From assembly GCF_009914755.1 (NCBI RefSeq), contig NC_060947.1: 64,000 nucleotides of DNA; one strand, given 5' to 3'. Below the pieces are notes generated by a model, which worked only from the letters and a program-made list of their open reading frames with translations, was not told where the DNA came from and made no database searches. Positions within the stretch are counted from its first letter, which is position 1, and every line of letters begins with the position of its first letter. This DNA comes from the human T2T-CHM13v2.0 reference genome, Homo sapiens. Of this stretch, positions 51,073-64,000 are shown piece by piece. The position numbers were made by a program, and so were the translations under genes.

Positions 51073-51405
51073 GGATGATTATATTATTATTCTTTCATTC
51101 TGTTAATATATTGTATCATGTTGATTGATTAATACAGATTGAAACATCCTTGTATCATTGGGATAAATTCTAGTTGATCATGGTGTATGATCCTATAAAT
51201 GTGCTGTTGAATTTTGTTTTTTAGTATTTTATTAAAGATTTTTGCATTCATGTTTATCAGGGATATTGTCTTGTAGTTTCATTTCTTGTAGTGTTATTGC
51301 CTAGTTTTCATATCAGGGTAATGCTGGCCTCATAAAATGAGTATGAAAGTGTTCCTTCTATTTGTTGAAAGAGTTCAAGAAGGATTGGTATTCATTCCTC
51401 TTTGC
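51073..51405 (-). mobile_element. Reverse-oriented L1 ORF2 fragment
   Basis: Antisense RT-proximal sequence (atcagggatatt...ctggcctcataaaatgag) inside a plus-strand L1. Confidence 0.8.
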
Positions 51406-52334
51406 TTTTTTCTGGGTAGACTGACTAGGAAAAAAAGAAGGCTCAAATTGACAAAATCATAAATAAAAGTGGCATTATTACTATCTATACATTATAGAAA
51501 CAAAAAGGATTAAGTTTCCTATATGATTTTAAAGATAAGTACATAAAACAATAATTATAAATATTTATACTTATAGATTCTAACTATTTATAGATAATAC
51601 TGGAAACAGAAAACGGAACAGGAGGGTACACGTTCTAACTCATTCTATGAGGCCTGCATTACCATATAGATGCAAATATTCTCAACAAAATACTAACAAA
51701 CTGAATACAGCAGCACCTTAAGAAAATATACATCACAACCAAGTAGGATCTTTCCTAAGAATCCAAGTGTGGTTCAATATGAAAGCCAATCAAAGGAATA
51801 CATCACATTAACAGTACAAAAAAATACATAATTATCAGTTAACCCAGAAAAGGCATTTCACAAAAACCAATACCTTATCATAATAAAAACCCTCAACAAA
51901 CCATAGAAATAGAGGCAACTTCCTTAACATGATAAGGCCATATGTGAAAAACCCACAGCTAAGGTAATACTCGATATCGTAAGACTAAAAGCTTTTCCTC
52001 TAAGATCAGGAATAAAACCAGGATGTCCACTGTCACCACTTCTGTTCAACATGGTATTGGAAGTTCTATCCAGGACAATTAGTCAAAAATGTAGTCCAAA
52101 CTGGAAATTAAGAAATGAAACTCAATTTGCAGATGATATAATCTGATGCATTAAAATCCTAAGAATCCACAAAAAAACCATTAGAGCTAATAAATGAATT
52201 CAGCAAAATTGTAAAATACAAGATCAATATGTACAAATCTCTTCTATTTCTGTACACTAGGAATTAACAGTTTGAAAATAAAATTATGAAAACAATTCCA
52301 TGTACAATAGAAAATAAAAGAGTAAAAAATTCAG

Positions 52335-54067
52335 AAAGTAGAATTTCAGGATACAAAATTAATGTACAAAAATCAGTAGCATTTCCATACACCAATAATG
52401 TTGAAGCTGAGAGCCAAATCAAGAATGCAATCCCATTTACAATAGCCACAGAAAAAAATACTTAAGAATACATCTAACAAAGGAGGTGAAAGATCTTTAC
52501 AAGGAGAACTATAAAACACTGCTGAAAGAAATTATAGATGACACAAATGAAAAAACATTCCTTGCTCATAGATTGGAAGAATAAATGTCATTCAAATGAC
52601 AATACTGCCCAAAGCAACCTACAGATTCAACGTTATTCCTATGAAACTACCGACATCATTCTTCACAAAATTAGAAAAAACAAATCTAAAATTTATGTGG
52701 AACCAAAAAAGAGCCTGAGTAGCCAAAGCAATCCTAAGCAATAAGATCAAAGCCAGAGTCACCACATTACCCAACATTAAACTGTACTATAAGGCTACAG
52801 TAACCAAAACAGCATGTACTGATACAAAAACAAACACATAGATAAATTAATTAGAATAGAGAACCAGAAATAAATCTGTACATCTACAGTGAACTCACTT
52901 TTGGCAAAGGTTCCAAAAACATACACTGGGGAAAGAACAGTCTTTTCAATGAATGGTGTTGGGATAGCTAGTTACCCTGATGCAGAAGAATGAAACTGAA
53001 CCCATACCTGTCACTGTATACAAACATTAACTCACGATATATTAAAGATTTTAAATTTAAGACATCAGACTATAAGAATCCTAGAAGAAAACCTAGGAAA
53101 CATCATTCTGGACATAGGCCTTGGAAAAGAATGTATGACCAAGTCCTGAAAAGCAATTGCGACAACAAAAAAAATGGACAAGTGGGACCTAACTAAACCA
53201 AAGAACTTCTACACAACAAAAGAAACTATCAACAGAGTATACAGAAATGCACAAACTGGGAGAAAATATTTGCAAACAATGTATCCAACAAAAGTCTAAT
53301 ATCCAGGATTGATAATGAAATTAACAATTCAAGCATAATAATAATAATAATAATAATAATAACTATATTAAAAAATGGGCAAAAGGCATGAACAGAAACT
53401 CATCCAAAGGAGATGTACAGGTGGCCAACAAACATGAAAAAATAATCAACATTGCTGATCATCAGAGAAATACAAATCAGAACTATAATGAAATATTGTC
53501 TTATCCCAATCAGAATGGCTATTATTAAAAAGTCAAAAACCGACAGATACCGGTGAGGCTGTAGAGCAAAGGGAATACTTATACACTTTCAGGGGAATGT
53601 AAATTAGTTCAGCCATTGTGGAAAACAGTTTGGAGACTTCTCAAAGAACTTAAAACAGAACTACCATTCGACCCAGCAGTCCCATTGCTGGGTATATATC
53701 CAAAACAAAATAAATTGTTCTACCAAAAAGACACATTTACTCATATGTTCATGAGAGCACTATTCACAATAGAAAAGACATGGAATCAACCTAGGTGCCC
53801 ATCAACAATGGACTGGATAAAGAAAATTAGGTATATATACAACATGGAATACTGCATAGCCATTAAAAAGAATGAAATCATGTTCTTTGCAGGAACATGG
53901 AGGCAACCGGAACAGAAAACTAAGTACTGCATATTCTCACAAGTGAGAGCTAAACATTGGTTATTTATGGAGTTAAAGGTGACAATAAGAGGCACTGGGG
54001 ACTACTAGAAGGGGGAGGGAGGGAAAGGGGTAAGAGTTGAGAAACTAAGTATTGGGTACTATGCTCT
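52335..54067 (+). mobile_element. L1PA15/16-like 3' portion lacking the terminal 3'UTR and tail
   Basis: ORF 53616-54008 (ELPFDPAVPLLGIYPK). 3'UTR ggggactactagaagggggagg...attgggtactatgctc, then an abrupt end. (AAT)n at ~53335-53362. Confidence 0.8.
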
Positions 54068-54833
54068 TGGACTGGTAGACTTTAAAATAGCAAAGCTACC
54101 CAAGGAAATCAGATTCATTGCAATCTCTACAAAACTCCTTTTATAATCTTTTTTTTGCAGAAATGGAAAAGCAGATTCTAAAACTCATGCAGAAAGTCAA
54201 AGGACTTCAAGTAGCCAAGACAATATTGAAAAAGAATATTAATGTTGAATGATTCATATTTCCCAACTTGGAAACTTACTGCAAAGCTACAGAAATCAAA
54301 AGAGTATGCTACTGGCAAATGGATAGACACATAGATCAATGAAACAGCACTGAAAGTCCGGAAATAATCATGTACATATATATCTCCAGTTAATTTTCAA
54401 CAAGGGTTTTAAGACCATTCAATTAGGAAAGAATGATCTTTTCAATAAATGGTACCTGGACAACTGGATATTCACAGGCAAGAGATTGAAGTTGGATCCC
54501 ACTATGTACAAAAATTAACTCAAAATGGGTGAAAGACGTATAGGTAAGAACTAAAAATATAAAACTTTTAGAAGAAAATACAGAGGTAAATCTTCATGAC
54601 CTTGGATTTGGCAATGGGTTCTTAGATATGTCACCAAAGCATAAGCAACAAAATTAAAAATTAGATAAGCTAGAATTCATCAAAATTCACAACTTTTGCA
54701 ATTCAAAAGTTACTATCAAGATAGTCCAAAAACAACCTACAGAATGGAAGAAAATATTTGTGTATCCTATATCTATTAAGGGTTTAGTGAGCCATAATTG
54801 ATAATGACCTCTTACAAATCAGCAATGAAAAGC

Positions 54834-57800
54834 AAGGACAGGGAAGCAGAGCAAGATGGCAGAATAGAAGGCTCCATGGATCATCCACCCTGCAAGGACA
54901 CCAACTTAATACTTACATACACAGGAAAAAAACACCTTCATAAGAACCAAAAATTAGGGGAACCCTTATAGTACCTGATGTTAACTTTGTATCACTGAAA
55001 GAGGCACTAAAGAGATAGGAAAAACAGTCATGAATCACCAACAATACCCCCCACCCCAACAGTGGCAGCCTGGTATGGAGCACATCTCTGGGTACTGGGG
55101 GAAAGAGAGCACAGAAATCGTGAGGCATTGAACTCAGTGCTGTCTTGTTAGAGCAGAAAGGAAAATCTGACCAAACTCAGATGACCTCTACCCATGGAGG
55201 GAGCATTTAAACCAGCCCTAGCCAGAGGGGAATCTCCATTCCCAGTGCCCCAGTGGTAGGAACTTGAGTTTTCCACAAACCTTGCCACTGAGGGCCAAGG
55301 GGTTCTAGGTCTCTAAGTAAACTTGAAAGGCAGTCCAGACCACAAGGACTGCAACTCCTAGGTGAGTCCTGGTGCTAAACTGGGCCCAGAGACAGTGGAC
55401 TGGGGGTGTGGGGCACACAACCTACTGAGACACCAGCCGGGGTGGCTATGAGAGTGCTATCATCGCCCTCCCCTAACCCCAGGCTGCATAGCTTGTGGCT
55501 CCAAAACAGACCCCTTCCTTCTGCATGATGAGAGGAGATGAAAGAGAGGGGAGGACTTTATCTTGCATTTTAGATACTAGCTCAGCCACAGCAGGGTAGG
55601 GCAGCAGTCAGAGTCATGAGGCCCCCATTCCAGGCCCTACCTCTGGGATGACATTTCTAGACACACTGTGGGCCACAAGGGAACCCACTGCCTTGAAGGG
55701 AAGAACCCAGTCCTGGCAGCATTTATCACCTGCTATTTGAAGGGCCACTGGTCCCTGAATAACCAACAGCAATACCCAGGTACTGTGTCGAGGGCCTTGG
55801 GTGAGCATCTGAGACTTGCTGGCTTTAGATACCACATGGCTACAGGGAGATAAAACATGTAGTGGGCTCTTGGGGTCCCTGATTCCAAGCCTTGACTCTT
55901 GCACAGCATTTCTGGACCTGCCGTGGGCCAGAAGGGAGCCCACTGTCCTGAAGTGTGAGTCCTAGGCCAGGCAGCATTTACCAGAAGCTGACTTAGGAGC
56001 CCTTTGGCCTTAAGGGAACATCAATGGTAGTCTGGCAGTACTCCATGTGGCCTGTGGTGGCTATGGGGTGAGGCTTCTCTGCCTTTGGAAAGGAGAAGGT
56101 AGAGTGGGAAGGACTGCGTCTTATGGTTTGAGTGCCAGCTCAGCTGCAGTACAGCAGAACACCAGGTAGACTTCTAAGGTTTTTGACTTTAGTCCAGGAG
56201 TCCCAGATAGCACCTCTGGACCCACCCAGGGCCTGGGGAAGCTCGCCACCCTGAAGGGAAAGACATAGAACTGGCTGGCTCTGCCATCTGCTGATTGCCT
56301 AGCCCCAGGGCCTTGAGTGAACATAAGCCATATCCTGGGAGTGGTTACAGCAGGCCTTGGGTAAGACCAAGTACTGTGCTGACTTCAGGTCTGACCCAGT
56401 GCAGTCCTAGAAGTGGTGGCCACGGTGGTGGCGTGTCCACTCCACCTCCAACTTTAAGTGGCTCAGAATAGAGAGAGAGACTCCATTTCTTTGAGACAAA
56501 GAAAGGTAAGAGGACAGGAGTCTCTGGCTATTAATCCAGAGAATTCTCCAAAATCTTGTCCAGGACCATAAAGATACAGCTTAGAGCACCACATCCAAGT
56601 CCTTTCAAATATCTAGAAAGCCTGCCCAAGAAGGACAGATACAAACAATCCCAGGCAGTGAAGACTACAATGAATGCCTAATTCTTCAATGCCCAGACAC
56701 CAAAGAACATCTATAAGTACCATCCATGAAAACATGACCTCAAACAAATCAACTAAATAAGTCACCAGGGACCAATCCTGGAGAAACTGAGATATGTAAC
56801 ATTTCAGACAGAATTCAAAAGAGCTGTGTTGAGGAAACTCAAAGAAATTCAAAATAACACAGAGAAGGAATTCAGAATTCTATGAGATAAATCTAATAAA
56901 GAAATTCAAATAATTAGAAAAAATCAAGCTGAAATTTTGGAGCTGAAAAATGCAACTGGCATACTGAAAATGCATCAGACTGTTTCATTAGCAGAATTCA
57001 TCAAGCAGAAGAAAGAATTAGTAAGCTTGAAGATGGGCTACTTGAAAATACACAGTGAAGAGGAAGGAAAAAAGAATAAAAACAATGAAGCATGCCTAGA
57101 GAACCTAGAAAATAATATCAAAAGGGCAAATCTAGGTGTTATTGGCCTTAATGAGGTAGAGAAAGTGATAGGGGTAGAAAACATATTCAAAGAAATAATA
57201 ACAGAGAACTTCCTAAACCTAGAGAAACATATCAACATCCAGGTACAAGAAGGTTATAGAATATTAAGCAGCTTTAACCCAAAGAAGACTACTTCTAGGC
57301 ATGTAATAAACTAACTCCCAAAGGTCAAGGATGAAGAAAGGATCCTAAAAGTAGAAAGAGAAAAGAAACAAGTAACATACAATGGAGTGCCAATACATCT
57401 GAAAGCAGACTTCTCAGTGGAAGCCTTACATGCCAGGAGAGAGTGGCATGACATATTTAAAGCGCTGAAGGAAAAAAAATTACCCTAGAATAGTATATCT
57501 GGTGAAAATGTCATTCAAAGATTAAGGAGAAATAAAGACTTTCCCAGACAAACAAAAGCTGAGGAATTTCATCCATACCAGACTTGTCCTACAAGAAATA
57601 TTAAAAGGAGCACTTCAATCAGAAAGAAAAGGCTATTAATAAGCAATAATCACCTGAAGATAAAAAACTTACTGGTAATAGTATGTACACAGAAAAACAC
57701 AGACTATTATAACACTGTAACTGTGGTGTGTAAACTACTCTTATCCTAAGTAGAAAGACTAAATCATGTGTATTAGTCCGATTTCCCGCTGCTGATAGGG

Positions 57801-58295
57801 ACATACCCGAGACTGGGCAATTTACAAAAGAAAGAGGTTTATCAGACTTACAGTTCCACATGGCTGGGGAGGCCTCACAATCATGGTGGAAGGCAAGGAG
57901 AATCAAGTCACATCTTATGTGGTTGGCAGAAGGCAAAGAGAGAGCCTGTACAGGGAAACTCCCCCTTATGAAACCATCAGATCTCCTGAGACTTATTCAC
58001 TATCACGAGAACACCATGGGAAAGACCTGCCCTCATGATTCAACCACTTCCCACCAGGTCCCTCCCACAACACATGGGAATTTAAGATGAGATTTGGGTG
58101 GGGACACAGCCAAACCATATCACCATGAATCAATCAAAAACAATAACTGCAACAACTATTCAAGACATAGACGGTACAATGAAATACTCTCCATGATGTG
58201 CTTATTTCACATTGCATGCCTGTATCAAAACATCTCATGTGTCCCATAAATATATATACCTACTATGTATCCACAAACATTAAAAATATTTAAAA
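54834..58295 (+). mobile_element. L1MA1-like element with complete 5'UTR, ORF1 and 3' terminus but no ORF2
   Basis: Starts gggaagcagagcaagatggcagaatag. ORF1 remnant 56937-57314. Spacer joined at ~58180 to the last ~100 bp of the 3'UTR. TSD agcaatgaaaagc (54821-54833) / aacaacaaaaagc (58296-58308). Confidence 0.85.
57769..58122 (-). mobile_element. THE1A-like (MaLR) solo LTR
   Basis: tgtattagtcc...caaaccatatca. 5-bp TSD tcatg / ccatg. Confidence 0.92.
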
Positions 58296-59029
58296 AACAA
58301 CAAAAAGCCAAACAACCCAATTAAAATGTGGGCAAACAATTCAAATAGAAACCAGCACTCCAAAGAATATATATAAATGGCAAACAAGCTGGTGGTGGGA
58401 TTGCAAAATGATACAGCTGCTTTGAAAAACACTATAACATTTGTCCCAAAAAGTGAAACAGAATTACCATATGACCCAGGATGCCAAACCACATACCCAG
58501 GAGAATAGAAAGCAGGTATTTAAACAAAAACATGCACATGAATGTTCATGGCAGCACTATTCATATTAGCCTCAGGGTAGGAAAAACCCCAAATGTTTAT
58601 CAAGTGATGAATAGATAAACAAAATGTGGAATATCCATAGAAAAATATTATTCAGTCATGAAAAAGAATGATGTACTGATACATATTACAGCATGAATGA
58701 ACCTCATAAGCATTATGCTAAGTGAAAGAAAACAGAAAAGGTCATTGTATTATACAATTCTGTTTATATGAAGTATATATAATAGGCAAATCCATAGAGA
58801 CAAAAAGCAGATTCGTGGTTTCCAGGGGCTAGGAGAAGGAGAGGGGGTGGGTAGCTACTGATTAATGTGTATAGGGTTTCCTTTTGGGCTGATGAAAATG
58901 TTTTTGAATTAGATAAAGGTGATGGTTGCACAAAATTGGTAATGTGCCAAACACCTTTGAACTGTACATTTAAAATACTTAATTTCATGTTATATGAATT
59001 TTACATCAATTTAATAAGTGATCTTTCTA

Positions 59030-59295
59030 GCTGCCACAAAAAGAATGGATTTGAAAATAGCATGAATGGAAATAAGACTAGTTAGAAGGTCATCACAGTG
59101 GTCCAGATGAGAGATAATGGTGGCCTGAATTAAGGTGCTGGCAGTAGGGTTGGAGAGAGGGAAATAAAACTGCTGTTTAGGAGCCATTATGTATAGGATT
59201 TGGCGGCCAATAAGATGAGTTGTGGGTCATAGGCATTGAGGATGTCTCCTGGGTTTTGAGACTGGGCATCTGAGTGAACAGCATCACCACTGGGA
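59030..59295 (-). mobile_element. L2 fragment
   Basis: gtggtccagatgagagataatggtggcctgaattaaggtgctggcagt. Confidence 0.75.
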
Positions 59296-60731
59296 TTAAA
59301 ACCCATTTTACAGATGCAGAACTGGAGAGGCCATTGGCTTGTCCACTGTCACAAATCAGCCAGTAAGAGAAGTCTCCTGAGCCACCACTCTCCTGAGCTC
59401 TCCTGATTCTGGTTCAGAAGGCTTTGCATATAATATAGCAAATATGAGTAGTGATTTTTTAAAAAATTACATGAATATTTTCAAACAATTGTATGATTTG
59501 TATCTTATTTACATTTATTTTAATACCTGTGTTTGGAATTATAACGTTGTAGCCATGATCATATTCTGATGAAACCATGTCTCCCCTCCCTGAGACCTCT
59601 GCCCCCTAGTGTCTGCCTCTTCCCTTTATAATGCTTTTATATGGTACTGACAACCCTGAAAGACTCCTGTTATTGATCCCCCCAACACAACTGAGTGAAC
59701 ATTCCATAGCCCCTAGTTCTTTCTCTGAAGCAACCCAGTTTTAAGGGACTGAATTTCCGTAACCTTGAGCCTTCTGATACTGGAATAAGGATGATCCACT
59801 CAGAGCACCCTCAGATATAGGGATGAGTAGAAGAGGGAGTCAGGTGGAAGGAAGGAGACAAAGCAAGTGACCTATCATGGGGGATAGCTGCTGGAGTGGA
59901 AAAGCCAGGACCTTTTGTCTCATAATGTATGGAAGAGTGTGTGCGTGTATGTGATGATCATGATTAAATGGTACATGGTATCAGGGAGAGTTGTCAGCAC
60001 TGATGCTGATTAAGAATGCTGGAAAACTAATAGTAAGGAAGGAAACTAGAAAAATTGGTCTGAATGTGGAAAAGTAATACTAATTACAATCATTTATGCG
60101 AACTGCTTACCATTTATTGCTAATTCCCATCCAACAAAATAACTATTAGGTGTATCATTAAATATGTGTTAGATTAACTTTTTCATCACTTTTATTTGTG
60201 ATTAGAACAGTAAACTCTGCATGTATGCTCAGGCTTAATAGTTTGTTGCTCATGCAAGCATGGCTGTCAGCTCACAATTAGGAAAAAAAACTATTATGTT
60301 AGGGCTGGAGCATGGCAGGCTTTGAATTCCAGGCTAAGCAGTTTATAGTTAATTTAAGAGACAATGGGGAGCCTTTACAGAATAATCAATGGTGGGGGGA
60401 GTGAGGGGTGCGGTTTGCGCGTTACACAATCAGCACTGTATTTTAGGAATCACAGATTGGCTGGGCTGGGAGATTGCTTAAAGATTACTCACCCAGTGAT
60501 GACTAGCCAGGGAGCATGGGCATCCACACTGCGGGTTCTGGATGGATTATGAAGATTTCAGAAAGCCTAAAGGAACCAATGTATTTCTCTATAATAAGGC
60601 TGTACAGATCAACCACAGTGTCAGTATTATTTGCTTTGGGCTAGAATTAATCAAATGGGACACTGATCAGAAGAATTGATTGGTGGTTATGAAAGTCATT
60701 TTTTTAAAAAATGGCAAAACAAGCTAATTGA

Positions 60732-61053
<322 letters not shown>

Positions 61054-61119
61054 AATAAAAATTTTGACATTAGAAAAATTTTTATAGTCAAGGGCCCTAC
61101 AGATTGAAAACAAAACAAA

Positions 61120-61600
61120 AGGGGTCTTGGGTGATGAAAAAGTTGGGAGCCTCAATTGTCATCCAGCCGATCCTTTCATTTATAGATGAAGGAGCAGAGG
61201 TTAGAGATGGATGGAACTTGCCTTACAGGAAGATGGAAAAATGGACTGGACAGTGCAAATGGAAGGTAGGTGAGACTAAAGACCAGCAAACCAACTCAGT
61301 AGCAAATTGAGATGCCTAGATTAGGGTGGTAGAAGTTAATTTGCAAAGAAAAAGGGCAGATGGGAGAGAGTGAAAAGGCAGTGCCAGATAGGTTCACTGG
61401 TTGGATATGAACAGAGAGGAAAAGAAAGAAGTTGAGAATGACTCCAGAATTTCCAGCGTAGTAGACTGAGCCAATGATGGCATTATTAGTGGAAATATAA
61501 AAAGCTGGAGGAATAATTGGTTTGGGGGTAGAGGGGAATCATGAATTTGGTTTCATACATATTGACCTTAAGTTGTAGTTTTGTGTATTCAAAAAGAAAA
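61120..61600 (-). mobile_element. MIR and L2 fragments
   Basis: catttatagatgaaggagcagagg (MIR-like) and gagaatgactccagaatttccagc (L2-like). Confidence 0.6.
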
Positions 61601-61630
61601 TAGCAATAGAAATTAGAAATGCTTGGCTTT

Positions 61631-61824
61631 GTTTTTTAACCTACTTTATTGAGGTATGATTAATGTACAATAAACTGTACATATTTAATGTATACAACTC
61701 AAGGAGTTTGGAGACAGGTATACACCCATGAAAGTATCACCAAAATCTATATTGTGAACCTAGCCATTACCTTCAACTGTTTCCTTCCACCTTCCTTCTC
61801 TGTTATTATACTTAATCTATTTTT
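61631..61824 (-). mobile_element. Short 5'-truncated L1MA/MB 3' end inserted in a MIR
   Basis: tttattgaggtatgatt... with 18-bp TSD ttagaa(a/c)tgcttggcttt (61613-61630 / 61825-61842). Confidence 0.82.
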
Positions 61825-61842
61825 TTAGAACTGCTTGGCTTT

Positions 61843-62012
61843 AAATTCTGACTTACGTTGTGCAGGTTTTGGTAAAGAATTTTTCCTTTGACTTTCAGTT
61901 TCCACATCTGTAGATTTGGGATATTTGCCTTATGGAATTCATGAGAGGATTAAGTGGGAAGACTTATAAAAAGCACTTAGCACAATATCTAGCAAAGGGC
62001 AAGTACTCATTA
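61843..62012 (+). mobile_element. MIR remainder
   Basis: ttcagtttccacatctgtaga...gaggattaagtg...aaagcacttagcaca. Confidence 0.75.
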
Positions 62013-62636
62013 CTCTTCTCTGGAGAAAGAATGGAGATGGAAATGTTTAAGAGGCAGTTAGAAACAAGGGAAAGCTCAGGAGAGCTGTTAAATCCAAAGC
62101 TATATTTTTAGGATCTAACTGCAAAACATTGGTGGTACTTACCCAGAGTTTCAGAAAGTTTGAAGTTAGAGGTCTGATAATTTGAGAAGGAATCTAGCAA
62201 AGGAGTCTGAAGGAATGGATAGGATGAAATAGGGAGCACACTGTCCAAGAAGCCAAGGGAGGCAGGATAATTTGAAAGTGGAAGAGTATTTCGTGGGGTC
62301 AAATGAAATGAAGATATCTAGAAAACAAAGAGGGATATGAGGCCATTGGGAGTTTACTTTAAGAGACAGCAGAGAACTAGGAATGAGTTAGACAAGAGGC
62401 TAAGTAGTGAGGGTGGTGCAGCAAAGACAGTAAAGGAAAAGCAACTCTTTCAACATGAATGATGGAATAAGAGGGATACAGGTGACAGTAATTCAAAAAA
62501 AGTAGCAGCCATAAGGGAAGGTTATTTTCGGATACTCAAAATCAGAGCATGTTGTATGCTAGGGGAATAATACCAGTGGAGAAGAAGACACTGATAAGGC
62601 AGAATAAAGAGGATATATTTGTAAAGCAGGCTCTCT

Positions 62637-63164
62637 CTCTTTTATTTTATTTTATTATTATTATACTTTAAGTTTTAGGGTACATGTGCACAATGTGCAG
62701 GTTAGTTACGTATGTATACATGTGCCATGCTGGTGTGCTGCACCCACTAACTCATCATTTAGCATTAGGTATATCTCCTAAATCTATCCCTCCCCCCTCC
62801 CCCCACCCCACAACAGTCCCCAGAGTGTGACGTTCCCCTTCCTGTGTCCATGTGTTCTCATTATTCAATTCCCACCTATGAGTGAGAATATGCGGTGCTT
62901 GGTTTTTTGTTCTTGCGATAGTTTACTGAGAATGATGATTTCCAATTTCATCTATGTCCCTACAAAGGACATGAACTCATCATTTTTTATGGCTGCATAG
63001 TATTCCATGGTGTATATATGCCACATTTTCTTAATCCAGTCTATCATTATTGGACATTTCGGTTGGTTCCAAGTCTTTGCTATTGTGAATAGTGCCGCAA
63101 TAAACATACGTGTGCATGTGTCTTTATAGCAGCATGATTTGTAGTCCTTTGGGTATATACCTAT
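62637..63164 (-). mobile_element. 5'-truncated young L1 (L1PA2/PA3-like, ~530 bp)
   Basis: cacccactaact...gagtgagaatatgcggtg...ttcttgcgatagtttactgag. 13-bp TSD aagcaggctctct (62624-62636 / 63165-63177). Confidence 0.93.
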
Positions 63165-63304
63165 AAGCAGGCTCTCTTAAACTATGCAGAGGTAGTCCTA
63201 GGTTGTAGCCACATTAAAGGTGTCCCTAGTGGAGGATCTGACATCTAATCCAGGAGAAGTGATGTGAGGTCAAATCAGAAGCAAGCAATCCCACTGAAGC
63301 TGTT

Positions 63305-64000
63305 CTATGACAAAGTGGAATTTATACAAGGGAGGCAAGATTAATTCAATATTCAAAAATCAATCTATGTTATCCACCATATCAAGTTAAGAAAAAAAAT
63401 CACATGATAATATAAATCAATGATTGTTCTCATTTTTTAAAACATCATATTAGAAGATTTAGCCAGCAGAATAAAGCAAGAAAATAAAATAAAAGGCATA
63501 CAGACTGGAAAAAAGAAAATTAAACTTCTACTTTCAAATGATGTGGTTGTATGTATAGAAAATCTCAAGAAATCTAGAAAAGAATTCCCAGAACTAATAA
63601 ATAACTTCAACAAGGTAACAGTATACGAGTGTACGAGATCAACATGCAAAAATCAATTACATTTCTAAATGCTAACAACTAACATGTGGAAATCAAAATC
63701 TAAAAACATAATTTACAATCATGCCAAAGAAAATCTGTATAAATGCTTAAGAAAACACATGCAGGATCTATATACTGAACATTACAAAGTGCTGATAAGA
63801 GATATCAAAAAAATCTAAAAATGTAAGAACATACTATATTTATGGATTGAAAGTGTCAGCATTATAAAGATGTTAATTTCCCCCAGATTCATCTAAAGGT
63901 TTAGTGAAATTTCTATCAAAATTCCAGCATAATTTCATTTTAGACATAGACCTACTTATTCTAAAATGTAAATGGAAAGTCACAGTCCATATAACAGCTA
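63305..64000 (+). mobile_element. Old L1M ORF2 fragment, runs off the window end
   Basis: gccagcagaataaagcaagaaaataaaataaaaggcatacagactggaaaa and following RT-region sequence. Confidence 0.8.

Larger units (their letters stand above)
49205..59015 (+). mobile_element. L1MB-like host element (ORF1, ORF2, 3'UTR) in pieces around nested insertions
   Basis: ORF1 ~49300-50100, ORF2 pieces to 54830, 3'UTR 58310-59015 ending ttatatgaattttacatcaatttaataa. Confidence 0.72.

Overview
Primate genomic DNA, most likely human or another ape (AluY, AluS, AluJ, L1PA2/3-type 3' end, THE1, MLT2A1). The window is intergenic or intronic and mostly interspersed repeats. From left to right: the 5' half of a decayed HERV-L provirus with an MLT2A1 LTR (1-3552, minus); a full-length L1PA8-like element (8.7-15.3 kb); a deeply nested minus-strand L1/Alu/LTR stack (17.4-36.3 kb); a mostly unique island (38.8-42.4 kb) with an enhancer-like block; a plus-strand nested L1 stack (43.8-59 kb); then L2/MIR/Alu/L1 fragments. 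I recognise no host protein-coding gene, RNA gene or CRISPR array. Nearly all listed ORFs are broken L1/HERV-L frames or antisense repeat noise. I cannot support a new biological system from the sequence alone. The best leads are a candidate spliced 95-aa small ORF with an overlapping antisense exon (16.85-17.27 kb), an old ~300-bp duplication of non-repeat DNA at an L1 5' junction, a 300-bp fold-back made of two LTR 3' halves, an ORF1-only L1MA with both ends and a TSD, reciprocal DUX-like motif status in two MLT2A1 LTRs, and a 1.5-kb-arm inverted L1 pair. Subfamily names come from my recall of consensus sequences and need RepeatMasker/Dfam confirmation. Boundaries without a TSD are approximate.
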